Source of the DNA: Eledone cirrhosa
Lineage: Eukaryota
Direction of reading: 5' to 3'
Length of the DNA stretch: 64,000 bases
NCBI GenBank assembly: GCA_964016885.1
Contig: OZ024755.1
Coordinates: 22,196,001 to 22,260,000, forward strand
In this document: in pieces, positions 1-11,764 of the stretch
Numbering within the stretch: the first letter of the stretch is position 1
Layout of the letters: each line of letters starts with the position of its first letter
Made by a program: the position numbers and the translations under genes
Notes under the pieces: model-generated
Databases searched by the model: none
Seen by the model: the letters and a program-made list of their open reading frames with translations, nothing else
What the model was told of the DNA's origin: nothing

Positions 1-135
1 ATAGTAATGAAATAGGGGTACTTTTAGATATATAGTAATGAAATAGTAGTACTTTTAGATATATAGTCATGAAATAGGGGTACATTTAGATATATAGTAA
101 TGAAATAGGGGTACATTTAGATATATAGTAATGAA
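1..135. repeat. 31-bp tandem repeat, ~4 copies
   Basis: Unit ATAGTAATGAAATAGGGGTACTTTTAGATAT. Confidence 0.85.
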
Positions 136-1842
136 ATAAGAGTATTTTTCATTAGAAACATAGCAATGAAAGGGTTAATTCTACATTACTTCAGTTCATG
201 TTATTGTTTGAAACAAGCAGCAGATAATTTGTAAATATTATGTTGTTTCCAGCAGAAGATTCCTCTCTTATCTATTTTATGATTAGTACTGACCCTTAAA
301 AGTATCTTGCAACTTAAGACTTAATATTTACATTTTTATATACTACTATGAGTAAGAAACGCAGATATTAGGTTCTTGGTAAATCATGTTTCTGACCCAG
401 TTTTGATTCGTTGCTGAAGCCATTTCACTTCACTTACATCATTAATGACTGCTAAGAAAGGCAGAATGATGACAACTTACCACATTTTACACTTTCTCTC
501 AAAGTTAATATTACAGGTCAAATTTCACTGTAACCCCTTCATTATCAACATAACTAATGAAAGACATAGCCTATGGTTTACAAATATTATTTGCCTATCA
601 TCAAGAATTTATAGGTAACAAAACTAACTTTTGATTATTAGGTTACAGTTTGGAGCATTACTTAAAGGTGGTGGTGGTGGTGGTGGTGGTGGTGGTGGTG
701 GTGGTGGTTCTTCTTCTTCTTCTTCTTGGGAGGGTTGTGGGGGAAGAGTCTTCAAATACTCCTCCCAGTGGTCCTGTCAGAAACAACTGTACAGTGGGCT
801 AGTCTCCTTGTCCTTATCCTGTTTCACCCACTTTGTTCTGAGGGCTTGCTCCTCTGCAGCCAGTAGCATTCCCTCTGTAGCTTTTTTTTAAGGTCTCCTC
901 TTTTTAACCAGCCCCATGTCTGTGATCTTTACTATCACCAACCACTTTACAGAGTGCACTGGGTACATTTATCATGGCACCAGCACTTGAGGGATTGCCA
1001 AGTCATGACTGGAGGGTCTTCTCAACACTTTTTTTGCATGGATTCTATTACTGGAAGCCCTTACTAACATCAACCACTTTACAGAGTGTACTGGGTACAT
1101 TTTAGTATTGTATCAACAGTAGGGAGGTTAATGGTCATTGACTTCAATGAAGAGACCTCATTACCTTATGGGGCCCGGATAGGAAATATACCATGAGAGA
1201 GAGAGGGAAAGAGGGACAGAAGTCGATGAATAGATAAGAAACAGGAAAACACATATAAATATATATATATTTGTGTGTGTGTTATGATAAGTATATGCCT
1301 CTGCTCAGGGTTATAATTTATGTGTCGCTAATGAATTAATATATATATGTATGTTTACATTGATAGAAACTAGGGCTCCCCAAATATGCTAAACAATGAA
1401 GATTTCTAAAACAAAAGAGTAGTGTAATTGTTTGAGAACTTGGATTCAGGAGAAGAGAATCAAGTTTTTATCAGAGAGAGGAAAAAATGTGTTTTTTCTT
1501 TCTTTTTTGTTTGTTTCTTTCTACTAAAAGAAAGTTTTATTAGCTTGATATATAAAAACAAACATTTCCCACCACATTCTACCAATATCTAACACACAAA
1601 GATATGGTGTTGGAAATAACTGCTGCTGTTTACAATGGGAATTGAATTCACAATTGTGAGGTCGCGAGTTCGATTCCTGGACCAGGCAATGCATTACGTC
1701 AAGAAAGAAGATACTTTATTCCATGTTGCTTTTTCTGACTTGAGTTGTAATGAGTAGATAGTATCAGCAATTAGAAAGACCAATAGAAACATTGTTTCCT
1801 TGGTCCAATTCGATGAGCTCTACCCCATTCGGTAAGCATATA

Positions 1843-2032
1843 ATAATTGTTTCTACTTTTGGCACAAGGCCAGCAATTACACAGTGTATTACTGGTACTT
1901 TTTTTTATCGATCCCGTAAGGATGAAAGACAAAGTTAACCTCGGCAGGATTTGAACTCAAAATGGAAAGGGCCGTAACTCTTTGCGTCAAAGCATGGCGT
2001 CCGACCCTCTACCGATACTGCCAATCGACCGT
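1843..2032 (-). mobile_element. SINE family A with long target-site duplication
   Basis: Matches family A; flanked by duplicated CTACCCCATTCGGTAAGCATATAATAAT (~1820 and ~2046). Confidence 0.85.
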
Positions 2033-2925
2033 CTTATTCAATCCACTACCCCATTCGGTAAGCATATAATAATAATAATGAAATTATTGTGTACAATGCT
2101 CAGGTGCACTACCACTCATCAAAGGTGCATGTATAGTACATAGAATAATGTACAAAACTCTGAGCATGAAAAAATGTTTCCATGGGAGCTGTGCTGTTTT
2201 CTGACTTTGTAAGCAAGGTCTGGGATCTTGTTAATCGATTCTTATATATCATAGATCTTTGATACAAAGCTGTTTATTTTAGAGTGTTGATATTTATCTA
2301 AAAACCTTTCATAAGAACCTTTGTTAAGTTATGTTCCAAAGAGCAAGTGAGGTCTTGGATCTTGTCAATCAATAAAAAAAAAATACAATGATGAATTTTT
2401 TTTATCTAGAGATTTTTTTTTTTAATCCAAGAAATTATTTATATTATTCAAAGATTTCTTACTGTTGCTTTGAAAATAGAGTGAAGTGATTTGAATAAAC
2501 ATTATTTTAATGCCAGACATACTTTCCAGGATTTAAGGAAACATTATTTCAAAACTTGATGAAATCACAGCCCACTGTCTCTTTGAAAATATAGTGAAGT
2601 GATTTAAAGAAATGTTATTTCAATATTGGAGATATTGTTATTTAATGTTCTTTTGAAAATAGAGTGAAGTTATTTGAAGAAACAATATTTCACTACTGGA
2701 CATACTTTTATCCAGAGTTTAAGGAAGCATTATTTTGATAGTGGAGATAGCATTATATTAACTATATGTCTTGCTTTTGCGGCTTTGTCTGTGGGGCGCA
2801 GCCCTTCTACCTCCATGCCCTAGGCCCAAAGCCCAATCACCTTCCCCCTTCACCTCCCTTCTGCGACACCAGAGTTCTTGCCATCCCCTCCCCTTCCCGT
2901 TCTTTTTTTCTTTCCTTTTCCCTTT

Positions 2926-3148
2926 TTCCCAGTTTATTCAGCTGTAGAGATGAGATGATAGGGACTGGGGTTCCTACCACTGCAAAGTGGTCGTGGAGGT
3001 GCCATGGCAAAAAAAGCACCCAGCACTCACTGTAAATGAGGTTGGGGTCAGGAAGGGCATCCAGCTGTAGAAATCAAGCCAGAATCAGTTCCCGTCCCAC
3101 CCTTGCAAGCAGGGAAAAGTGGACGTAAAATGATGATGATGATGATGA
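2926..3148 (+). mobile_element. SINE family C, 5'-truncated
   Basis: Same body and (TGA)n tail as family C. Confidence 0.85.
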
Positions 3149-3630
3149 CTTGTTTTATATGAGCACATGTATGACTTACAGGTTTTTTTTTATAGAATTC
3201 CTAGGTGTATGCAACTTCCATTTTCAACACTCCAAACATACACAGTATGTCAGATTGGGTTGAACTTTAGTGATTAGTATTTATTGAAGGAAAGAGATAA
3301 CAGCATCTAAGTGATAAGATTTATGGTTGATAACACAGGGGTTCTCATTTCTAAAAATGGAATATTTTAAAGACTGTTATTAAACAAGTTGAGGAACTAG
3401 TTAAAAGCTTTCTTACTGGATCAAATGAATACTGCAAATAGAATTGAGTCAGGGGAAGAGGTTATCTTTGAAAAGAAACTCTGTAAAGTTTAGAAGTTTC
3501 TAGTAGAGTGTTGATATAATCAAAAGGGCAGATCTTATGTATATTGATGTAGAAAAGATTGGAACTTTCTGATCGTCTGTTTAATTTAAGATATTAATGT
3601 GAGTAGGATTTGGCTACCATTTCTAACAAT

Positions 3631-3830
3631 GAAGCTGCGTGGCTTAGTGGTTAGAGAATTGGATTTACAATTGTGAGGCTGCAAGTTTGATTCCCAGACC
3701 AGGCGAAGTGATATGTCCTTGAGAAAGACACTTTGTTTCATATTGCTCTTTCTGCCAGGAGTTGCGACCTTGAGATTGTATCAGCAATGAAAAGAAACAT
3801 TGTTTCCTTGGTCCATTTTGACGAGTTCCA
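3631..3830 (+). mobile_element. tRNA-head SINE family B (other copies ~1640-1820 +, 5925-6135 -, 32068-32275 -, 35450-35578 -)
   Basis: A box TGGCTTAGTGG, B-box-like AGTTTGATTCC, CORE-like segment, distinct tail AAACATTGTTTCCTTGGTCCATTTTGACGAG. Confidence 0.8.
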
Positions 3831-4064
3831 TGTCCATTTGGGAAATGAATGAAGTCTGGAATCTTGTCAAACATTTTGATCAATTTGTATTGACTCTCTG
3901 TGCTTTGAATTCAAATTCTGCTGATGTCAAGTACCAGTCAACCAGGTGGTGGAATGGTGGAATTGTTAAAGCCTTGGATAGGTTGCTTTGGTGTTCTAGC
4001 ATTTTGAATTTTAATCTGGGCTCTTATCACCACAAAAATGAGGCCCCCTGATAAAACTAAGGCC

Positions 4065-4168
4065 CCTATTGTTTAACAAGAAACACTCAAGAAACTCCCT
4101 ATTGTTTAACAAGAAACACTCAAGAAACTCCCTATTGTTTAACAAGAAACACTCAAGAAACTCCCTAT
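4065..4168. repeat. 33-bp tandem repeat, ~3 copies
   Basis: Unit CCCTATTGTTTAACAAGAAACACTCAAGAAACT. Confidence 0.85.
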
Positions 4169-4404
4169 GGGATGCAGCCTCATAGGAGGCCAGCTAAAAT
4201 CTACAGAAGTGTAAGTCGTACCACCACCACCAACAGCAACAACAATGTTCCATTATATTCAAGAACGAGAAACTCAATATTCTCCAAATGGTTTACCAAC
4301 AAAAGTGAAAACATCATGTGAATAGAGCATGGACAAAAACAAAATATTTAGAACTTGGAACAGCTTACAGAATTCTTACAGAAGATGACAAGAACAAAAA
4401 GACA

Positions 4405-4535
4405 TCTGGCATGGGAGCAGGCCTGTGACAAGGTCGGTAACAAGAAGATACCTGGCATGGGAGCAGGCCTGTGACAAGGTCGGTAACAAGAAGATACCTG
4501 GTTTGGGAGCAGGCCTGTGACAAGGTTGGTAACCA
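4405..4535. repeat. 46-bp tandem repeat, ~3 copies
   Basis: Unit CTGGCATGGGAGCAGGCCTGTGACAAGGTCGGTAACAAGAAGATAC. Confidence 0.85.
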
Positions 4536-5805
4536 TGCAAAATGGAGATCTCTCATCATACAATAATGCTCTATGGGGAGAAAAAGGAACTAAACAAGAA
4601 GATTCAAGTATTTATTCATATGTACGATTTGAGAGAGGTTCTAGAGTCACTCACCTTGATAGAAATGATAGCCAAACCCTTCTCACATTGGTATCTTATA
4701 TTAAATAGACTATCAGAAAGTTCTAATCTCTTCTACATCAATATACATAAGATCTGCCATCTTGAGGATGTCTTTGTCTACTTTCTTTCTTCAAATGGTA
4801 AATGTAGTTCCCAACAAAGACACCAGATGAATAAAAGACACCAGATGAGGTCTTATAAAGAAGCAACAGATATGTTGCCACTAGAATGTCACATGCCATA
4901 AACCACACCCCAAAGTAAAATATGGAATTGTTTAAATAATCCTAAAAATATCAGAATAAATAAGAATGTTGATAGTTTTAAATGAAGTAATTAAAGGAAA
5001 TTGTATTAGAAAAATAAACAGTAAAGTTGATGCAGTGTCATAATGAATGTAGTAAGTCAAGAGGTTTTAATTATTATTACACACACTGTAGGGATGAGAA
5101 AACATTATCATTGTAGATCACAGCCTGCGAGCTTGTAAAAAATGAACTGTTGATGAAGGACCTTTACTAGAGACTTATTGAGGTGGGTAAAAAGACATGA
5201 ATTTTAAGGGTAGATTGCTCCTTCTTACTCATTTTAAATGTTTGCCATGCAAATCACTGTTTGTTGTTATTCTGTGTAAACATATGTTTAGCACTATAAG
5301 GTCTCTAATAATTCCACCTTGATTACATATTCATCTGTGAAATATGTATCTAGTATATACACAATATACTGTGTTTTCTCTATGATATATGATTCTTTCT
5401 CTCTCTATATATATATATATCTATTTCATTTGACTTATTATGGCTCTGGATGTCTATTGAGCTTGCTTATTGAGAAACACAAAATTCTAACATATTTTAT
5501 ATGTTTTGATTCACTACATTTGTGTATATTTATATATAGGAGAGTGTTAAAGTTTGGTCGAAGCATTGTGGAATTTTAAAAATAGTCATTTTGGAACGTT
5601 GAGGCTTCCAAAATGTCCATTTATATATATATATAACAAAGAAGGTGTAGTAAGATACCAGGTGGACAATAACGCACCAGAGTACTCGATACTTAGGGTA
5701 GTAGAGTGGGTTGAGCTCCGGTCATTTCGACAGCTAGATCCAGACTGTCAGGATCTAGCTCTCGAAATGGCTGGAGCTCAGCTATCGGGGTCCTGACTCT
5801 TTTCC

Positions 5806-5838
<33 letters not shown>

Positions 5839-6467
5839 TACTGTCATTTCTATAATACGAAGAGGGTGTTTGACTCAAACACGCTCCAGTATTCTAATCC
5901 TTATATATATATATATATATTGATCGACTTTCGTCAAATCGGACCGAGGAAACAATGTTTCCGTTGGTCTTTCCAGTTGCTAGTACTATCTATTGGACGC
6001 AACTCCAGGTAGAAGGAGCAACGTAAAATAAAGTGTCTTGCTCAAAGACATAACATGTCGCCTGGTCCGGGAATCGAACTTACAACCTCAAGATTGTGAA
6101 TCCAATTCTCTAACCACTCAGCCACACGCCTTCACAATATATATGTATATATATATATATATATATGTGTGTATAATATAATTGTTTCTACTTTTGGTAC
6201 AAGGTCAGGAATTATCCCAGTGTATTACTGGTACTTTATTTCATCGACCCCCGTAAGGATGAAAGGCAAAGTTAACCTCGGCAGGATTTAAACTCAGACC
6301 ATAAAAGGCCGTAACTCTTTGCTGCAAAGCAAGGCGTCCGACTCTCTACCGATTCTGCCAATCCACCAGCCATGTGTGTATAATATAATATAAAAATTTA
6401 CATTTAAAAAAACAACCCATCCTTGTGAACAGTGTGAATTAAAGTGACGTTTAAACCTTGACAGCAA

Positions 6468-7146
6468 TATAATTGTTTCTACTTTAGGCACAAGGCCAGC
6501 AATTACCCAGTGCATTACTGGTACTTTATTTTATCGACCCCGTAAGGATGAAAGGCAAAGTCAACCTCGGCGGGATTTGAACTCAGATCGTAAAGGGACG
6601 TAACTATGCTGGAAAGCATGACGTCCAACCCTCTACCGATACTGCCAATCCACCATGCGATATGATGTAACATAATATATTAATATACAGCTAAACTAAA
6701 TACTATAGATGTTTATAAAGTAGGATGTGACTTCAGAAATTTAATTGCTATTTCTAGCTGACCAAGTGACCATGTACATCCTCTAATAGATAATTGTTTC
6801 TACTTTAGGCACAAGGCCAGCAATTACCCAGTGCATTACTGGTACTTTATTTTATCGACCCCGTAAGGATGAAAGGCAAAGTTAACCTAGGCGGGATTTG
6901 AACTCAGACCGTAAAGGGACGTAACTATGCTGCCAATCCACCACCCATCCTCTAATAGATAATTGTTTCTACTTTAGGCACAAGGCCAGCAATTACCCAG
7001 TGCATTACTGGTACTTTATTTTATCGACCTCGTAAGGGTGAAAGGCTAAGTCAACCTCGGCGGGATTTGAACTCAGATCGTAAAGGGACGTAACTATGCT
7101 AGAAAGCATGGCGTCCGACTCTCTACCGATACTGCCAATCTACCGC
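6468..7146 (-). mobile_element. Cluster of three family A SINEs (6468-6654, 6790-6945, 6959-7146)
   Basis: Near-identical copies; the last two are tandem and bounded by repeated CTCTAATAGATAAT. Confidence 0.88.
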
Positions 7147-8210
7147 CTCTAATAGATAATGTAGTTCTAAATAGTCCACCACCCCAAACGACATGATGGT
7201 CATGTTTGGAATGCCTTTGCTCATAGGTCTGTTCAATCAAGGTTGACCTAGGGCCAAACAGTAACAAAAAAACATGAACTACTACAAACTTTCACCAGCA
7301 AACAGGGGGTTTCTACATGGTTGTTTGACTTGCTAGAAATAGCAACTGAAGCTCTGTAAAATTACTCCCTACAATCTTAAAAAAGGAACACATCAAATAA
7401 TGTAATCCTGGACACACCTTAAAATACATGGTTATCAGCTCAGGAATAATGTTTAACCATTAAAAAAACAACATCCATCTTGTATGGCTGCATGCTGATC
7501 TGGCGCTATAGCAACAAAGGTGGTCATTCTGGTGACACTACAAAAAACACCCAGTCCATCCTGTAAGGTGGTCATGCTGATGACATGACAAAAAGCACCC
7601 AGTCCATCCTGTAAGGTAGTCATGCTGGTGACATGACAAAAAGCACCTAGTCCACTGTATATTGTGGTTGTGCTGGTGACACGACAAAAAAAAACACCCA
7701 GTCACCCAGTTAGATGATCGTTTTGTACCCAGTCCACACTGTTATGTGCTTAGCATTTTGAAGGGCATCCAGCCATAGAAACCAAACCAAAATACAGATC
7801 CCCATGAGCAAGACGTGGTCACCTGACCTGAATTGTCTCATAACATGACAACCCAGCTAACCCAAGCAAGGGTGGAAAAATGGACGTTAAATGATAATGG
7901 AGATAAGTCTGCTTGACCATAACTAAACTAGGGCTCAACAATAACTAGAAAACATTTTGAAAATATGCATCACAATGAAACCCCCATCGAAACAAAAGTG
8001 TCATTATTGTGCATGCAGAACCAGTCTCACAAACATTTTATCATCTCCCACCCCCAATACATCTACAACCAGATGTCTTGTAATAAAACACCAAAAATGG
8101 GAAAGGGTGTCATGAAAGTGTGGCAGAGAGCAATAGAAAGTTTCACCCGACCCTGCCAGATACAGATTTTATTGGGGGAATAATATATATACATATTAGA
8201 CAGAGTCAGG

Positions 8211-8298
8211 GCGTGATGGCTGAGCTCTTGCCGTTTCAACAGTTATATCCAGACTGTTAAGAAACAGACTTACAGTACACTAGCCATTTCATCAGGGG
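8211..8298 (-). ncRNA. Type I hammerhead motif with long stem-II insertion (partly decayed)
   Basis: Minus strand CCC-CTGATGA-AATGGCTA...TAACTGTT-GAAA-CGGCAAGAGCTCAGCCA-TC. Homologous 3' halves at 5751-5792 and 29453-29487 (TAGCCGTC-GAAA-CGGCT-TGAGCTC-AGCCG-TC-GGGG). Confidence 0.6.
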
Positions 8299-8598
8299 CA
8301 TGGCTTAGGTGATTAACATGTCGATAAAATAATAGGTTGTCCATATAAGGATATAAGCTGTCCATGTAAGGGTAAAGGTTCTTTATAGGATGTTAGAAAA
8401 AAGAAGTTTTAGAATGAATTGATTCTACTTTATATATATATATATTTATTTATATATATGTTGTGGAACCAACCAACCAACCAGAAATTTATAAGTTTGT
8501 AGATTTGTAAATTTATAAATTTATAAATATATAATAAATTGAAGTGAAAGCAACTGGTGCGTGTGTTTCTTATTGGCAACATGACCCACCCAAAGTAT

Positions 8599-8629
<31 letters not shown>

Positions 8630-9007
8630 CAAATATAATTTCATCGAGATCGTATTTCGGCGGGGGCCAAAACCAAAACAAAACACAATCCTCGAGATAT
8701 GCAGCAAGCGTTCAATGGACTAAAAGAAGACGAGAGCAATTAACATTCATTATAAAGGCCAGATAAAATGAAAACAGTGGTCGTGAAGCCATCAGTCACC
8801 AGAGCCAAAAAAACGAAGCAAGATATATATATATATATATATAAATATATATTTATTTATATATGTATATTTATTTATATATGTATATTTTCTTTGAATG
8901 GTTGTGTGTGTGGGTGTGTTGGTACGTTTCATTACTTGTGTGAGGATGGGTAAGAAAAACCGGTGCTGTAACAGTGCAGGAAGAATTAGGCCAAGTTGAA
9001 GAATTGT

Positions 9008-9043
<36 letters not shown>

Positions 9044-9126
9044 GGAGGTGAGTTTTATTGTAGTACAATAAAGCAATGCAGATATCGGATAAGAAGCACT
9101 CTACAATTTGTAGGACTGGAGTATAC

Positions 9127-9381
9127 ATAATATATAAGATCAAAGGTTGGTTAAAAGAGTGCCATGTATTTTATTATGCACATTTCAAAAACAAAATATC
9201 ATCATGCAATAACATTTGTGTTTTCATCAGATAAAATAGGAAGACATGATATGTTTTTTAACCTTCATATCATGTCTTCCTATTTTATCTGATGAAAACA
9301 CAAATGTTATTGCATGATGATATTTGTTTTTGAAATGTGCATAATAAAATACATGGAACTCTTTTAACCATCTTTTGATCT

Positions 9382-9391
<10 letters not shown>
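9127..9391. repeat. Inverted repeat, ~126-bp arms, 12-nt loop
   Basis: Arms flank loop 9254-9265, with about 3 mismatches and 1 indel; the right arm abuts (TA)n. Confidence 0.92.
9281..9351 (+). ncRNA. Type I hammerhead ribozyme motif (mirror copy on minus strand at 9167-9238)
   Basis: Stem I TATTTTAT/ATAAAATA; CTGATGA 9289-9295; ~16-bp stem II; GAAA 9332-9335; near-palindromic TGTGCA; AUA cleavage triplet. Confidence 0.75.
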
Positions 9392-9432
<41 letters not shown>

Positions 9433-9436
<4 letters not shown>

Positions 9437-9712
9437 TCTCAGACCGGGTGTTGTGTTGTTTCCTTGAGCAAGACACTTTATTCCACACTGCTCCAGTTTA
9501 CTCAACTGTAGAAATGAGATGATAGGGACTGGGGTCCATATCATTTTCCACTGTAAAGTGGTCGTGGAGGTGCCACGGCAAAAAAGCACCCAGCACTCAC
9601 TGTAAATGAGGTTGGTGTTAAGAAGGGCATCCAGCTGTAGAAATCAAGCCAGAATCAGTTCCCGTCCCACCTTTGCAAGCAGGGAAAAGCGGACGTAAAA
9701 TGATGATGATGA
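9433..9712 (+). mobile_element. SINE family C, 5'-truncated
   Basis: Core plus RTE-type tail with (TGA)n. Confidence 0.85.
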
Positions 9713-11237
9713 TATACACTCACACTGGTATTTAATGATATGGAGTTAAATAACTACAATTTGTTAGTCAATATACCTTCTGATCAATGAACCTTCTAAT
9801 CATAAAACAATGAAGTGATTAAGGACAAAACATTGCTTTTCATCCTTTCGAGGTTGATAAACAAAGTACCAGTATAGTACTGGGGTTGATTCTTCCTCTA
9901 TATCTCTTTCTCATTTCCATTCTCTCACACTCTCTCCTTCTCTGGAAGAAATCTGCTGTATTCAGACTTAGAGAGGAGATGGGCTCTGCCAGGTTTTAAA
10001 ATACCCAAGAAATGCTGTATGCCACCAAAGAGCCTCTACAACTCCACCAGGAGTAACAGGACTATACCATATCTTATATGTCTGAATGGTCCCGTAACTC
10101 CTAATAGAGTCATGAAGGTGCTGGCTGTATTGACATATGGCATTTCTGGGGGAGCCCATCCCTCCCCAGGCCAGAGTACAGCAGATTTCTTCCAGAGAAA
10201 GACAGAAAGTGAGAAAGAGGAAATGAGAAAGAAATATTGAGGAAGAACTGAGCGCAGTACTTGTACTGTTTTTTCAACCTTGAAAGGATAAAAGGCAAAG
10301 TTGACCTCGGCAGGATTCTATCTGACGTTCTAAAGACTCTGCCAATTCATCGCCTATAGATATTGTAAACGGGAACTGTCAAACATCTCAGTTGAGAAAC
10401 AAGTAAAGTTATTGTTGTAAATAAATTAAAAAAATACTAATTTGACGGAAATAAAAATAATTATAGGAGATTTGAAATATAAGAAGAATCAATTGAGTTA
10501 AAATTCCTAATAAACCAAACAACATTTTGTAGCGTCTTTAATTGGGTCTCTATTGTTGTTGGTTCAGGAAATGACCAAAGCAGGGGATAATTGTGTTATC
10601 CTAAGGAGCTAGAGGAAACCAAAGCAAAACATAAGTTGAAAGAAGATGCTAGTGCTTAACTTGAAAATACAAACAAGCAAATGTAAGAATTGTTATAGAA
10701 TTTCAAGAGACATTACACAGTTACACATACTTGTACACATAGCATGGCACTCACAGATTCTTGAGTGAGTGCTGATGTAGCAAATTGTAGAATAAAGAAA
10801 AAGGAAACCATAAGCACATATATATTGAGGTATCTGATTTTGAGGTATCTAGTCTTTAATGCAAAGAAATACCAATGATAATCAGCAGACTACTGATGAC
10901 GGACAGTCCCGTTTCTCGGTCTATTTTCATTCATATGTATCACATTCGCAACAGCGCAGCACACCATTTTTTAATTCCCATAAAATGTTTTCCCCTCGCT
11001 GTGGTTCGTATTTTTTCTATCACCTTACTGCTATCCTCTTTCTCTCTCCTCCTTCTCTCTCCTTGTACCTCTTGCTTTCTTTCACCCCCTCTGCTGGTCA
11101 TCTCATTTCTACAGCTGAGTAAACTGGAGCAATGTGAAATAAAGTGTCTTGCTCAAGGACACATCACTCGGTCTGAGAATTGAATTCACAACCTTTCGAT
11201 TGCAAGGTCAATGCTCTAACCACTAAGCCATGTGCCT

Positions 11238-11286
<49 letters not shown>

Positions 11287-11287
11287 T

Positions 11288-11320
<33 letters not shown>

Positions 11321-11764
11321 CGCACATACATAGAATATTTGGTTTAAATGACCATGGGTGTGCTGACCACATTATGGTCGGCCAGTTGTGAAGCAAATAA
11401 AAAGAAGTGCTCAACGACCTGTATAAATGGTGCAAGCCGCAGTATTATATATTATTAAAAGATTGTCGGCCATAATCAGTTGATTCAGGTTTATTTAAAA
11501 CTCTGTTATACATATTTCATTGAGGACTATCAGTTAAGATAGCGTGAGTTCTTCAGAAGGCAAAAACCTATAAAAGTTCCTAAAAAAAATCTTTAAATTA
11601 AAAATCATCCTAAAACTTCCTTTTGTTTTCTTAATCCAGTATTATGGACTCCATCTTTTAATGATATATATATATACTAGGATTTTTTTCAACACGCTGA
11701 TGCGTATGCGTGTGCATGTGTGTATATGCATATACATACATTTATATGTATGAGTATATAAATA

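Noticed and set aside
3417-3480. Minus-strand AG...GTAAG segment as candidate exon 2 (also ~5229-5304 and ~10755)
   Set aside because: Stops in the required frame or no acceptor, wrong length, and no LxLxxNxI pattern.
4250-4900. Possible decayed LINE coding sequence
   Set aside because: No recognisable motif could be read with confidence.
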